A model generated the notes under the pieces. It made no database searches. It saw only the letters and a list, made by a program, of their open reading frames with translations, and was not told the DNA's origin. Below, in pieces: positions 18,766 through 27,138 of a stretch of 34,798 nt of DNA; position 1 is the stretch's first letter; the number at the start of each line of letters is the position of its first letter. The stretch lies in the sequence record SRR22947725_372. One strand, given 5' to 3'. The translations under genes were made by a program, and so were the position numbers.

Positions 18766-20024
18766 TAAATCAGTAACTTTAACTTTTCTACAAATAAATA
18801 AACTTCCTCAAAAGAGTTGTATAATGGAGTAGGAGCACATCGAATAACATTTGGGTCTCTCCAATCTGTTATCACTCCAAGATCTGTTAAGTTTTTGTGA
18901 AATTTTTTATCGGCATCATTAATCTTTATTGAAATTTGACATCCTCTAGATGTTGATTCTACTGGAGTTATTATATTAATTTTTGTTGAATTAAGATCCT
19001 TTAAAAGAAATTCTAAGTAACCAGTTAATAATGTAGATTTTTCACATAACTTTTTCATACCGACATCTTTAAATATTTCAAGAGAAGCTTTTATTGCAGC
19101 CATAGAAAGAATTGTTGGTGTGCTAATCTGCCAACCATCAGCTCCTGGAATAGTTTGAAATGGTTCTCTCATATTAAACCGATTTTTTAAGTCGTTACCC
19201 CACCATCCTCTAAATCTATTAATATCATTATTATACGCATGTCGCTCATGAACAAAGCATCCAGATAAACTTCCAGGGCCTGAATTTAAGTACTTGTAAC
19301 TACACCAAATTGCAAAATCTGCACCGACTTTATTTAGATTTAATTGAACATTTCCAGCTGCATGAGCACAGTCAAAACCAACAATAGAATTATATCTATG
19401 ACCAATTTCTGTTATTTTTTTTAAATTAAAATATTCACCGGTGTAATAATTTACACCACCAATTAATACTAAAGCAATTTCATTTTTATTTTCTAAAAAA
19501 ATATTTTCTAATTCCTGATATTTATTTTCTGAATTTTTTGTTTCCCATAGAATTATTCCATCTTCAGTATTATGGCCATGATGAACTAATTGTGACTCAA
19601 CGGCATATATGTCTGAAGGAAAAGAATCGGCTTCTAAAATAATTTTAAATTTCTTATCAGTAGGTTTATAAAATGACACCATCATCAGGTGTAGATTTAC
19701 AGAAAGCGTGTTCATAACAACTACTTCTAGTGGTTTTGCTCCAACAATGTTCGCCATTTCATTAGTAAGATAGCTATGATATTCAAGCCATGGATTTTTT
19801 GCATTACTCCATCCTTTAACTCCTAAATTCGCCCAGTCTTTTAATTCTTTATCTATAAAAGATTTTGTTGATTTAGGTTGAAGTCCTAAAGAATTTCCGC
19901 AAAAGTATATTAGATCCTTATTATGAATATCCTTCGGAATATGGAAAAGATTTCTATAATTTGAAAGGCAATCTTCTTTATCTAATTGGATAGCAAAGTT
20001 TAATGAGTTTTCAAGTTTAATCAA
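18765..20024 (-). CDS. kynU: Kynureninase
   Basis: YFCGNSLGLQP, FPSD.YA, FDCAHAAGN, WCSYKYLNSGPG (PLP Lys), GWWG, RGCQ, APTPLYN; TTG start. Confidence 0.95.
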   Translation of the reverse strand: MIKLENSLNFAIQLDKEDCLSNYRNLFHIPKDIHNKDLIYFCGNSLGLQPKSTKSFIDKELKDWANLGVKGWSNAKNPWLEYHSYLTNEMANIVGAKPLEVVVMNTLSVNLHLMMVSFYKPTDKKFKIILEADSFPSDIYAVESQLVHHGHNTEDGIILWETKNSENKYQELENIFLENKNEIALVLIGGVNYYTGEYFNLKKITEIGHRYNSIVGFDCAHAAGNVQLNLNKVGADFAIWCSYKYLNSGPGSLSGCFVHERHAYNNDINRFRGWWGNDLKNRFNMREPFQTIPGADGWQISTPTILSMAAIKASLEIFKDVGMKKLCEKSTLLTGYLEFLLKDLNSTKINIITPVESTSRGCQISIKINDADKKFHKNLTDLGVITDWRDPNVIRCAPTPLYNSFEEVYLFVEKLKLLI

Positions 20025-20045
20025 AATAGTAATTTATGTGTTCAG

Positions 20046-20053
20046 CAAAAGTA
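20046..20053 (-). promoter_or_regulatory. -7 promoter element for kynU
   Basis: Minus-strand TACTTTTG(C), 21 bp upstream of the start codon. Confidence 0.6.
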
Positions 20054-20078
20054 ATAATTATTAATAAAGTATATAATT

Positions 20079-20732
20079 TTATTGATTTGGATTAATTATT
20101 TCTGAAAACTTGTATTTAAATCTTTTAAAACGAGGATCTGAGACATTAATGATATAACTATTAAATTTATTATTCTTTTTAAAATCTTGATGATATTTTT
20201 CTGCTTTCCAAAATTTAAGAAATGGGTAAGATTCAGCTGCGACATTAACTTTTAATGTTTCTGTAATTTCTTGAATTTTTTTATCAATAATATCTTTCTG
20301 ATTTTCATTTTGATAGAAAATTATAGACCTGTATTGAGTTCCATTATCAGGGCCTTGACCATTAATTTGTTCAACGTTTTGAGTCCCAAAATAGACATCC
20401 ACTAGTTGTGAAAAAGTTATCAATTTTGGATTGTAAATAACTTCTATGGTCTCTGCGTGTCCAGTTGTCTGAGTATTAACGATATCATATGTAGGCTCTG
20501 ATGTAAATCCACCTGAATAACCGCTAATAACCTCGTTTACTCCAATGATACTTTCATAAATTGCTTCTACACACCAAAAACACCCACTTGCAAAATAAGC
20601 TTTATGTATTTTTTCAGTGTTAACTTCAACAGGCATCGAATTAATTATTAAGTCCTGTTGTTCAGAATATTTTTGAGCATTAGTACAATTAGTTATTAAA
20701 ACTAATGCAGTAATTAATAATGTATTTTTCAT
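20079..20732 (-). CDS. msrA: Peptide methionine sulfoxide reductase A, exported
   Basis: FASGCFWC, SGYSGG, TGHAE, GTQYRS, AEKYHQ; N-terminal signal or lipoprotein peptide. Confidence 0.93.
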   Translation of the reverse strand: MKNTLLITALVLITNCTNAQKYSEQQDLIINSMPVEVNTEKIHKAYFASGCFWCVEAIYESIIGVNEVISGYSGGFTSEPTYDIVNTQTTGHAETIEVIYNPKLITFSQLVDVYFGTQNVEQINGQGPDNGTQYRSIIFYQNENQKDIIDKKIQEITETLKVNVAAESYPFLKFWKAEKYHQDFKKNNKFNSYIINVSDPRFKRFKYKFSEIINPNQ

Positions 20733-20745
20733 AAGTTAAATGTAT

Positions 20746-20777
20746 AAAAAAAAAGCCTCTATTTGTATAGAAGCTTT
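20746..20777 (-). terminator. Intrinsic terminator after nif3 and the zinc-ribbon gene
   Basis: Minus strand AAAGCTTCTAT-ACAA-ATAGAGGCTTT (11-bp stem with one G-U pair) running into a T9 tract, 23 bp after the stop at 20801. Confidence 0.8.
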
Positions 20778-20800
20778 AAATTAAAACTGTAAGTTATTTG

Positions 20801-21580
20801 CTAGATTTTTGCAAAAACTTTTTCCATTTTTATTTTCTGTTCATTAGCCAATTCTTCATCTACTAATATTCTTCCACTATGCTCGTCAGTAATTATTTTT
20901 TTTCTAGAACCTATTTCCATAATTATCTGTGGAGGAATAGTGAAATAAGAACCTCCAGATGCACCTCTTTCAACTGCTACAACTGCTAATCCATTTTTTA
21001 CATTGTTTCTTATTCTGCTGTAAGCCAATACTAATCTTTCTTCAATATCATTCTTGCATTTTTCCGATTTTAATAGTAAAACGTCTTCCTCTTTTTTTGT
21101 TTCTTCAAGTATAGTATTTAATTCAGCTTTTTTGTGTTTTAAATGATTTTTTCTTTCAGATAGTTTAAGTTTAGCTTCATCAATTACTACATTTTTGTGT
21201 TCTATTTTAGCTAAAAATTCTTTAATATTTTTTTCTGCTAATTGAATTTCTAGATCTTGGAATTCAGTTTCTTTAGTTAATGAATTAAATTCACGATTGT
21301 TACGAACATTCTTCTGCTGTTCTGTATATTTTTTTATCAATGCTTTAGCTTCTTCCATCAGATTTTTTTTCATTTTAATCTGATCATTTAAAGAATCAAC
21401 AGAATCTGTAAGTTTTTCTAGTCTTGTGGTCAGTCCAGCAACTTCGTCTTCTAAATCTTCAACTTCAAGAGGAAGTTCACCTCTTACACTTCTAATTGTA
21501 TCCACTCTTGAATCAATTAGTTGCAAGTCATATAAAGCTCTTAATTTGTTCTCTACTGTGGTTTCTTTCTTTTTTGCCAT
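20801..21580 (-). CDS. Coiled-coil plus C4 zinc-ribbon family protein (CT398/HP0958/DUF164-like)
   Basis: LYDLQLID..LP, long coiled coil, NNREFNSL..E, Y.RIR, then SGGS..IPPQ..DEHSGRIL; directly downstream of nif3, the usual context for this family. Confidence 0.85.
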   Translation of the reverse strand: MAKKKETTVENKLRALYDLQLIDSRVDTIRSVRGELPLEVEDLEDEVAGLTTRLEKLTDSVDSLNDQIKMKKNLMEEAKALIKKYTEQQKNVRNNREFNSLTKETEFQDLEIQLAEKNIKEFLAKIEHKNVVIDEAKLKLSERKNHLKHKKAELNTILEETKKEEDVLLLKSEKCKNDIEERLVLAYSRIRNNVKNGLAVVAVERGASGGSYFTIPPQIIMEIGSRKKIITDEHSGRILVDEELANEQKIKMEKVFAKI

Positions 21581-21582
21581 GA

Positions 21583-22677
21583 TTAACTGTATTTTACTGG
21601 GTTACTATTTGTTTCCGCTAAAACGATTGCAAAATTAGTAATTTTTTCTGTAAGATATGTATGTATTGCGTTTTTTGTGTACTGCTCACTTTCGTAATGA
21701 CCAATATCGGTTAATAATATCTTTTTATTTGCCTTAAAAAAATCATGATATTTTAAATCAGATGTTACATAAACATCTGCATTTGTACTAATGGCATTAT
21801 TTATTGCAAAACTACCAGAACCGCCTAAAACTGCTACGGTTTTAATATTTCTTCCAGTGAGTTCAGAATGTCTAATAAACTTTGTGTTCATTTTGTCTTT
21901 GGTATAACTAATAAACTCATTTTCGTTCATACTTTTACTAAGCTTTCCAACCATACCAAGACCAATATCTTTATTAATGTTTTCAGTCGAAATAATCTCG
22001 TAAGAATATTCATCATAAGGATGATTAATCTTTAAAGTTTGTAATATTTCCTGTTCTTTATGTGCAGGAAATGTAAATGTCACTTTAACTTCTTCTATTT
22101 TAGTTTGAATTCCTTTTTTTCCAATTACTGGATTTGATTTGCTATTCCCCATAAATGTTCCAATACCTTTGACTGAAAAGCTACATTCATCGTAATTACC
22201 TATAGTTCCCGCGCCGGAAACATATAATTTAGCTTTTAAATCTTCTAAATTTCCCTCCGGAACATAAGTTGTTAGTTTTTTTATTGTTCCTTTTTTAGGA
22301 ATGAGAATTTTAGTTTCATTTAATTTAAGTTTGTCACATATTATTTTATTTACTCCATCAATTGAGTTATCCATTGCAGTATGAACTGATACTATGGATA
22401 TATTATTTTTAATACATTTGTTTACAGCTTTTTCCACATAGTTAGAGTTCTGTATTTTTTTTAAACCATCAAAAATAATAGGGTGAAAACTTACAATTAA
22501 ATTACAGTTTTTTTCTATTGCTTCATCAACTACACATTCTATTGCATCAAGGCAAACTATAATTCCATTAACTTTACTTTGTTCCTCTCCAATTATAAGA
22601 CCAACATTATCATAATCTTCAGCGTAGCAAAATGGATACTTATCATCAAGTAATTTAATTATATCTTTTACAATCAT
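21583..22677 (-). CDS. Nif3-like dinuclear metal centre protein (long form with PII-like insert)
   Basis: AEDYDNVGL, HPIIF, HTAMD, GAGTIGNYDECSF, HPYDE, GGSGS, SDLKYH, GHYESE. Confidence 0.93.
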   Translation of the reverse strand: MIVKDIIKLLDDKYPFCYAEDYDNVGLIIGEEQSKVNGIIVCLDAIECVVDEAIEKNCNLIVSFHPIIFDGLKKIQNSNYVEKAVNKCIKNNISIVSVHTAMDNSIDGVNKIICDKLKLNETKILIPKKGTIKKLTTYVPEGNLEDLKAKLYVSGAGTIGNYDECSFSVKGIGTFMGNSKSNPVIGKKGIQTKIEEVKVTFTFPAHKEQEILQTLKINHPYDEYSYEIISTENINKDIGLGMVGKLSKSMNENEFISYTKDKMNTKFIRHSELTGRNIKTVAVLGGSGSFAINNAISTNADVYVTSDLKYHDFFKANKKILLTDIGHYESEQYTKNAIHTYLTEKITNFAIVLAETNSNPVKYS

Positions 22678-22694
22678 TTTTTTTGTATTTATTT

Positions 22695-22702
22695 CAAAGA
22701 TA
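22695..22702 (-). promoter_or_regulatory. -7 promoter element for the nif3 operon
   Basis: Minus-strand TATCTTTG, 17 bp upstream of the nif3 ATG. Confidence 0.6.
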
Positions 22703-22720
22703 AATAATTACTTTAGTTGT

Positions 22721-23725
22721 ATGAAACTCTTTAGAAAGTTACTGTTTTTTCTTACTCCTTTATACTACTTGATAACAGTTGTAAGGAATATTTTATATGA
22801 TCTATCTTTTTATAAAACAACTAAATTCCAAGTACCAACTATTGGTATTGGTAACTTAGCAGTTGGAGGTACAGGAAAATCTCCAATGGTTGAGTATTTG
22901 ATTGACTTACTTTCTAACAAATATAGTATAGCTACATTGAGTAGAGGATACGGAAGAAACACAAAATCATTTATAATTGCTAATGAAAAATCTACTCATT
23001 CAGATATTGGTGATGAGCCTTTACAATTTTATAGTAAGTATAATAATATTATTGTTTGCGTCGATAACAATCGTGTAAACGGAATTAATAATTTACTTCA
23101 AATTAACAAACCACCTAATGTAATTTTATTAGATGACTGCTTTCAGCATAGGAAATTAACTCTAGGATTATCAATTTTGTTAACAGATTACAGTAATTTA
23201 TTCTCTAATGATTATGTGTTGCCATTTGGTAATTTAAGAGAACCAGCTTCATCTAGTAGAAGGGCCGATATAGTAATTGTTACTAAATGTCCAAAAAATA
23301 TTGATGAGATAAAAAAAAATAAAATTAAAAATAAACTCAATCTTAAATTAAGTCAAAAACTATTTTTTAGTTCAATTGAATATTCAAAATCTGTAATATT
23401 TAACAATACAAAAACTCAATTTAATAATTTTATTAAAGACAAATTTATTCTAGTAACAGGCCTTGCAAGTTCAGAACATATTGTTGATTATTTGGCTAAT
23501 AATAAGTGTGATTTTGAACATGAGGAATTTAATGACCATCATGACTATATTTTAAAAGATTTTGAAAAAGTTAATTCTTCATTAAATATTCTTACTACAG
23601 AAAAAGATTATGCAAAATTGAAAAAAATATTGCCAAAAAGAAAAATCTATTATTTACCTATAAAAGTTAATATAGATTCTAATAAATTATTTGATAAATT
23701 GATAATAGATTACTGTAATAATTAG
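22721..23725 (+). CDS. lpxK: Tetraacyldisaccharide (lipid A) 4'-kinase
   Basis: GNLAVGGTGKSP P-loop, LSRGYG, GDEP, LDDCFQH, LPFGNLRE, DHH, TTEKD. Confidence 0.95.
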   Translation: MKLFRKLLFFLTPLYYLITVVRNILYDLSFYKTTKFQVPTIGIGNLAVGGTGKSPMVEYLIDLLSNKYSIATLSRGYGRNTKSFIIANEKSTHSDIGDEPLQFYSKYNNIIVCVDNNRVNGINNLLQINKPPNVILLDDCFQHRKLTLGLSILLTDYSNLFSNDYVLPFGNLREPASSSRRADIVIVTKCPKNIDEIKKNKIKNKLNLKLSQKLFFSSIEYSKSVIFNNTKTQFNNFIKDKFILVTGLASSEHIVDYLANNKCDFEHEEFNDHHDYILKDFEKVNSSLNILTTEKDYAKLKKILPKRKIYYLPIKVNIDSNKLFDKLIIDYCNN

Positions 23726-24630
23726 TTGATATGTTTTTGTGCTTTATAAGAGGATCTAACTAACGCACTACTCTCAACATGTCTAAACCCTAAATCTAAT
23801 CCAATTTTTTCATATTCTAAAAATTCTTCAGGAGTTACAAACCTTTTAACACTTAGGTGTTTTTTACTTGGTTGAAGGTATTGACCAATAGTAACAATAT
23901 CGACATTTGCATTTTTTAAATCATGTAAAGTTTCGATTACTTCATCTTTTGATTCTCCTAAACCAAGCATAATTCCGGATTTAGTTCTTCTTTGTCCTTT
24001 CTCCTTCATGTATTTAAGTACTTTCATACTTTTTTCATACTTAGCTTGTATTCTAACTTCTCTTGTTAGTCTTTTTACAGTTTCAATGTTGTGAGAAATA
24101 ACTTCAGGTTTTGCATTTACTAATCTATCTATGTGTCTTTCAATTCCTTGAAAATCTGGAATTAATGTCTCTAAAGTTGTTTTCGGATTCATTCTTCTTA
24201 TAGCTTCAATGGTCTCTACCCACATGAGGCTACCCATATCTTTTAAGTCATCTCTGTCTACACTTGTAATAACGGCATGTTTAATATTCATTATTTTTAT
24301 TGATCTTGCTACTTTTTCTGGCTCAGACCAATCTAAAGATTCAGGTCTACCAGTTTTTACTCCACAAAAACCACAAGACCTGGTGCAAACATTACCTAAA
24401 ATCATAAATGTTGCAGTTCCTTCACCCCAACATTCACCCATATTAGGGCAACTACCAGATGTGCATATGGTGTTAAGTTTATATTTATCTACAAGACCTC
24501 TTAATTCAGTGTATTTTTGACCAGTTGGTAACTTTACTCTTAACCATTTAGGTTTTGGTAATATTGACTGAAACTTTTTTTGTTTCGGCAATATTGACTG
24601 AAATTTATTAAATGTCTTGATACTTTCCAT
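23722..24630 (-). CDS. lipA: Lipoyl synthase (radical SAM)
   Basis: KPKWLRV, CTSGSCPNMGEC, CTRSCGFC, HNIETV, TIGQYL, VRSSY. Start set at ATG 24630 because TTG 24642 lies within the promoter motif. Confidence 0.96.
   Translation of the reverse strand: MESIKTFNKFQSILPKQKKFQSILPKPKWLRVKLPTGQKYTELRGLVDKYKLNTICTSGSCPNMGECWGEGTATFMILGNVCTRSCGFCGVKTGRPESLDWSEPEKVARSIKIMNIKHAVITSVDRDDLKDMGSLMWVETIEAIRRMNPKTTLETLIPDFQGIERHIDRLVNAKPEVISHNIETVKRLTREVRIQAKYEKSMKVLKYMKEKGQRRTKSGIMLGLGESKDEVIETLHDLKNANVDIVTIGQYLQPSKKHLSVKRFVTPEEFLEYEKIGLDLGFRHVESSALVRSSYKAQKHIN
24551..24610. repeat. Two-copy 30-bp in-frame tandem repeat in the lipA 5' end
   Basis: ggttttggtaatattgactgaaactttttt / tgtttcggcaatattgactgaaatttatta, 24 of 30 identical; encodes KFQSILPK twice. 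Confidence 0.9.
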
Positions 24631-24639
24631 GAGCAATGT

Positions 24640-24647
24640 CAAAGATA
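24640..24647 (-). promoter_or_regulatory. -7 promoter element for lipA
   Basis: Minus-strand TATCTTTG, 9 nt upstream of ATG 24630. Confidence 0.6.
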
Positions 24648-24657
24648 TGAAGTAAAG

Positions 24658-25884
24658 CTAAATAAACAACCTTAATGTTGATAAATACCAAATTCCAAAA
24701 CCTAACAAAAAAAATATCCCTACTATACTTAAAATGTGCATAATTTTTGAAGGTCTATATTTTTTTGGAGTATGATTACTAATTATTAAAGTATAATTAA
24801 TTATTGCATAAAATGGAGCAGTTATAAACGAAACTATTGTTGCAACTTTTACTAATGTTCCCATTTCTGAATTAAAATTAAAAAAAATAGTGATGGTTCC
24901 TACAACTAAAAAAAACAACCAATAAAGGTAGCCATTATTGATTTTTTTATTAAATATGAGTTCAGTCGCTTTGTGCATTGCTCTAGGGGAAGCATCAAGA
25001 GTTGTTATTGTTGTGCTAAACATTGTAGTAAATGTTGCTAATCCAATTATGATATATGCCCAAGATCCAAAACTTGATGTATACATCTCTATTAATTGAT
25101 TTGCAAATGTAGAAGCTGAGCTACTAAAACTTAAACTACTACTATTCATTACAAAATAACCAAGTAACATAAAGCTGATTCCTAATGCTATAGTTCCCAA
25201 ATAACCTATATTAAAATCAAACAAGGTAGTTTTCATATCCTGAATTCCATCTGATTTCTTTTTTTCAATTGTCCAAATAGAGTGCCAAACAGAAATGTCA
25301 AGAGGGGCAGGCATCCAACCCATAAATGCTATTAGAAATGCAATTTCAATATTGTTTTTTGGTAAAACTTGTGATAAATTAAAATCATGTGAAAAATTAT
25401 TAAAGGCTAAAAAAGTCGCTAAAAATGTACTTAATGCTAATATAAAAATAATGATCTTGATCATTTTATCAAGCATTTTATATTTTCCAAAATATAAAAG
25501 AACTGAACAAACAATTAAAATTATAATTGTCCATAATTCTACGCTTATAATGTTATTTGTCAGAGAACTAGCTATTCCTGCTGTAACAATTGTAACAGCA
25601 GTTTGTATGGTAAACATTGTAGTTAATGAAATAATTAGATAAAAATGTAATATTGATTTACCTAACTTTTTGTATCCTTCAAGTAAGCTCTCTCCAGTTG
25701 CACTTGCATATTTTGGGCCGTATTGAAAAAATGGAAACTTAAATAAATTAACAAGAAGTAATGCCCAGATTAGACCAATTCCAAAATCAGCTCCTGCTTT
25801 TGTTGATTGAACTAAATGAGATACTCCAATTGCAGCGCCCGCAAATAATACTCCTGGACCAAGTTTTTTTAAAAAATTAAACAT
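24658..25884 (-). CDS. NRAMP-like (APC superfamily) membrane transporter, substrate unknown
   Basis: About 11 hydrophobic segments; GPGVLFAGAAIGVSHLVQSTKAGA, ATGESLLEGY, GWMPAP, TMFSTT. Confidence 0.8.
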   Translation of the reverse strand: MFNFLKKLGPGVLFAGAAIGVSHLVQSTKAGADFGIGLIWALLLVNLFKFPFFQYGPKYASATGESLLEGYKKLGKSILHFYLIISLTTMFTIQTAVTIVTAGIASSLTNNIISVELWTIIILIVCSVLLYFGKYKMLDKMIKIIIFILALSTFLATFLAFNNFSHDFNLSQVLPKNNIEIAFLIAFMGWMPAPLDISVWHSIWTIEKKKSDGIQDMKTTLFDFNIGYLGTIALGISFMLLGYFVMNSSSLSFSSSASTFANQLIEMYTSSFGSWAYIIIGLATFTTMFSTTITTLDASPRAMHKATELIFNKKINNGYLYWLFFLVVGTITIFFNFNSEMGTLVKVATIVSFITAPFYAIINYTLIISNHTPKKYRPSKIMHILSIVGIFFLLGFGIWYLSTLRLFI

Positions 25885-25890
25885 TAATTA

Positions 25891-26082
25891 TTAGGAAACA
25901 CAGTCTTTAAATTCTTCTGGAGGTTTTCCACAAAAACCACATGGTTCATTATTTTTATTTAACATTGGATTTTGACTTGCACATGTTCCTGAAAACTCAC
26001 CATTTTTTTTACCCCAAATTTTAATGCTAATTCCTAAAATAGCAAAACCCAGAAAAACTATAGTTATGAAGATTAATTCCAT
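25891..26082 (-). CDS. Small single-TM protein with four Cys (NqrM-like architecture)
   Basis: ATG 26082, 63 aa: hydrophobic helix then GEFSGTCASQNP..CGFCG..C; stop is 6 bp before the transporter start. Confidence 0.8.
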   Translation of the reverse strand: MELIFITIVFLGFAILGISIKIWGKKNGEFSGTCASQNPMLNKNNEPCGFCGKPPEEFKDCVS

Positions 26083-26130
26083 CGTAAGTATTTTAATGCA
26101 AATTAATAAAAAAGAATTCAAATTACGATT

Positions 26131-27138
26131 TTAGATTACGTTTACTTCACGATCGAGATCAATATCAAAAATAAATTTTATTGCTTTTTGAATACTAATA
26201 GAAAAGTCTAGTATTTGTTTACCGGTTGCTTTACCGTAATTTACGAGAACTAGTGCTTGTTTCTCATGTACTCCGTGGTCTTTTATTCTTTTGCCTTTAA
26301 ACCCAGCTTTTTCAATCAGCCAAGCCGCAGGTATTTTATATTCCTTATCTGAAAGTTTATAATACGGAATATTTTCAAAATTCAGTTTAAGTTCTTTCAG
26401 ATGTTTATTTGTAATAATTGGATTTTTAAAAAAACTTCCACTATTGCCAATTTCTTTTGGATCAGGTAATTTTTCACTTCTAATTTGACATATAACATTT
26501 GCTATATCACTAATTTTAGGATCTTTTATTTTTAATTGAAATAATCTTTCTTTGATTGATCCATAATCAACTTTAAGATTATGTTTAGAATTTGTTAGTT
26601 TTAGCTTTATACTTAAAACTATGTAATTTTTATTTTGTTTAAATATTGAGTTTCTATATTGAAATTGACAATCTTTATTCGAAAATTCTAAAATTTTATT
26701 TGTATTGATGTCAAGTACTGAACATGAGATAAACACATCCTTTAATTCAACTCCGTATGCGCCGATGTTCTGAATAGGAGCTGCGCCAGTATTTCCAGGG
26801 ATTAATGATAGATTTTCTATACCTCCTAAATTATTTTTCAGACACCATTTAACGCTATCATTCCAGTTTTCACCAGAATTTATTTTAACTTCACTATGAT
26901 TATCATCAATTTGTTTTGAGCTAATACCTTTAATATTCAAATTTATTACTAGCCCTTTTATATTTCTCGTAATTAAAATATTACTTCCTCCTCCTATAAA
27001 AACTTTTTCTTCATTATGATAAGAGACAATAATTTTTTCTAATTCCTGAACAGTTGAAATACTTACAAATTTTTCTGCATTAGCTTCAATACCAAAACTA
27101 TTATGATTTATTAAAGAAAAATTATTGTGAATTTTCAT
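26131..27138 (-). CDS. murB: UDP-N-acetylmuramate dehydrogenase
   Basis: GGGSN, IPGNTGAAPIQNIGAYG, YRNS, GNSGSFFKNP, AAWLIE, QALVLVN. Confidence 0.96.
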   Translation of the reverse strand: MKIHNNFSLINHNSFGIEANAEKFVSISTVQELEKIIVSYHNEEKVFIGGGSNILITRNIKGLVINLNIKGISSKQIDDNHSEVKINSGENWNDSVKWCLKNNLGGIENLSLIPGNTGAAPIQNIGAYGVELKDVFISCSVLDINTNKILEFSNKDCQFQYRNSIFKQNKNYIVLSIKLKLTNSKHNLKVDYGSIKERLFQLKIKDPKISDIANVICQIRSEKLPDPKEIGNSGSFFKNPIITNKHLKELKLNFENIPYYKLSDKEYKIPAAWLIEKAGFKGKRIKDHGVHEKQALVLVNYGKATGKQILDFSISIQKAIKFIFDIDLDREVNVI

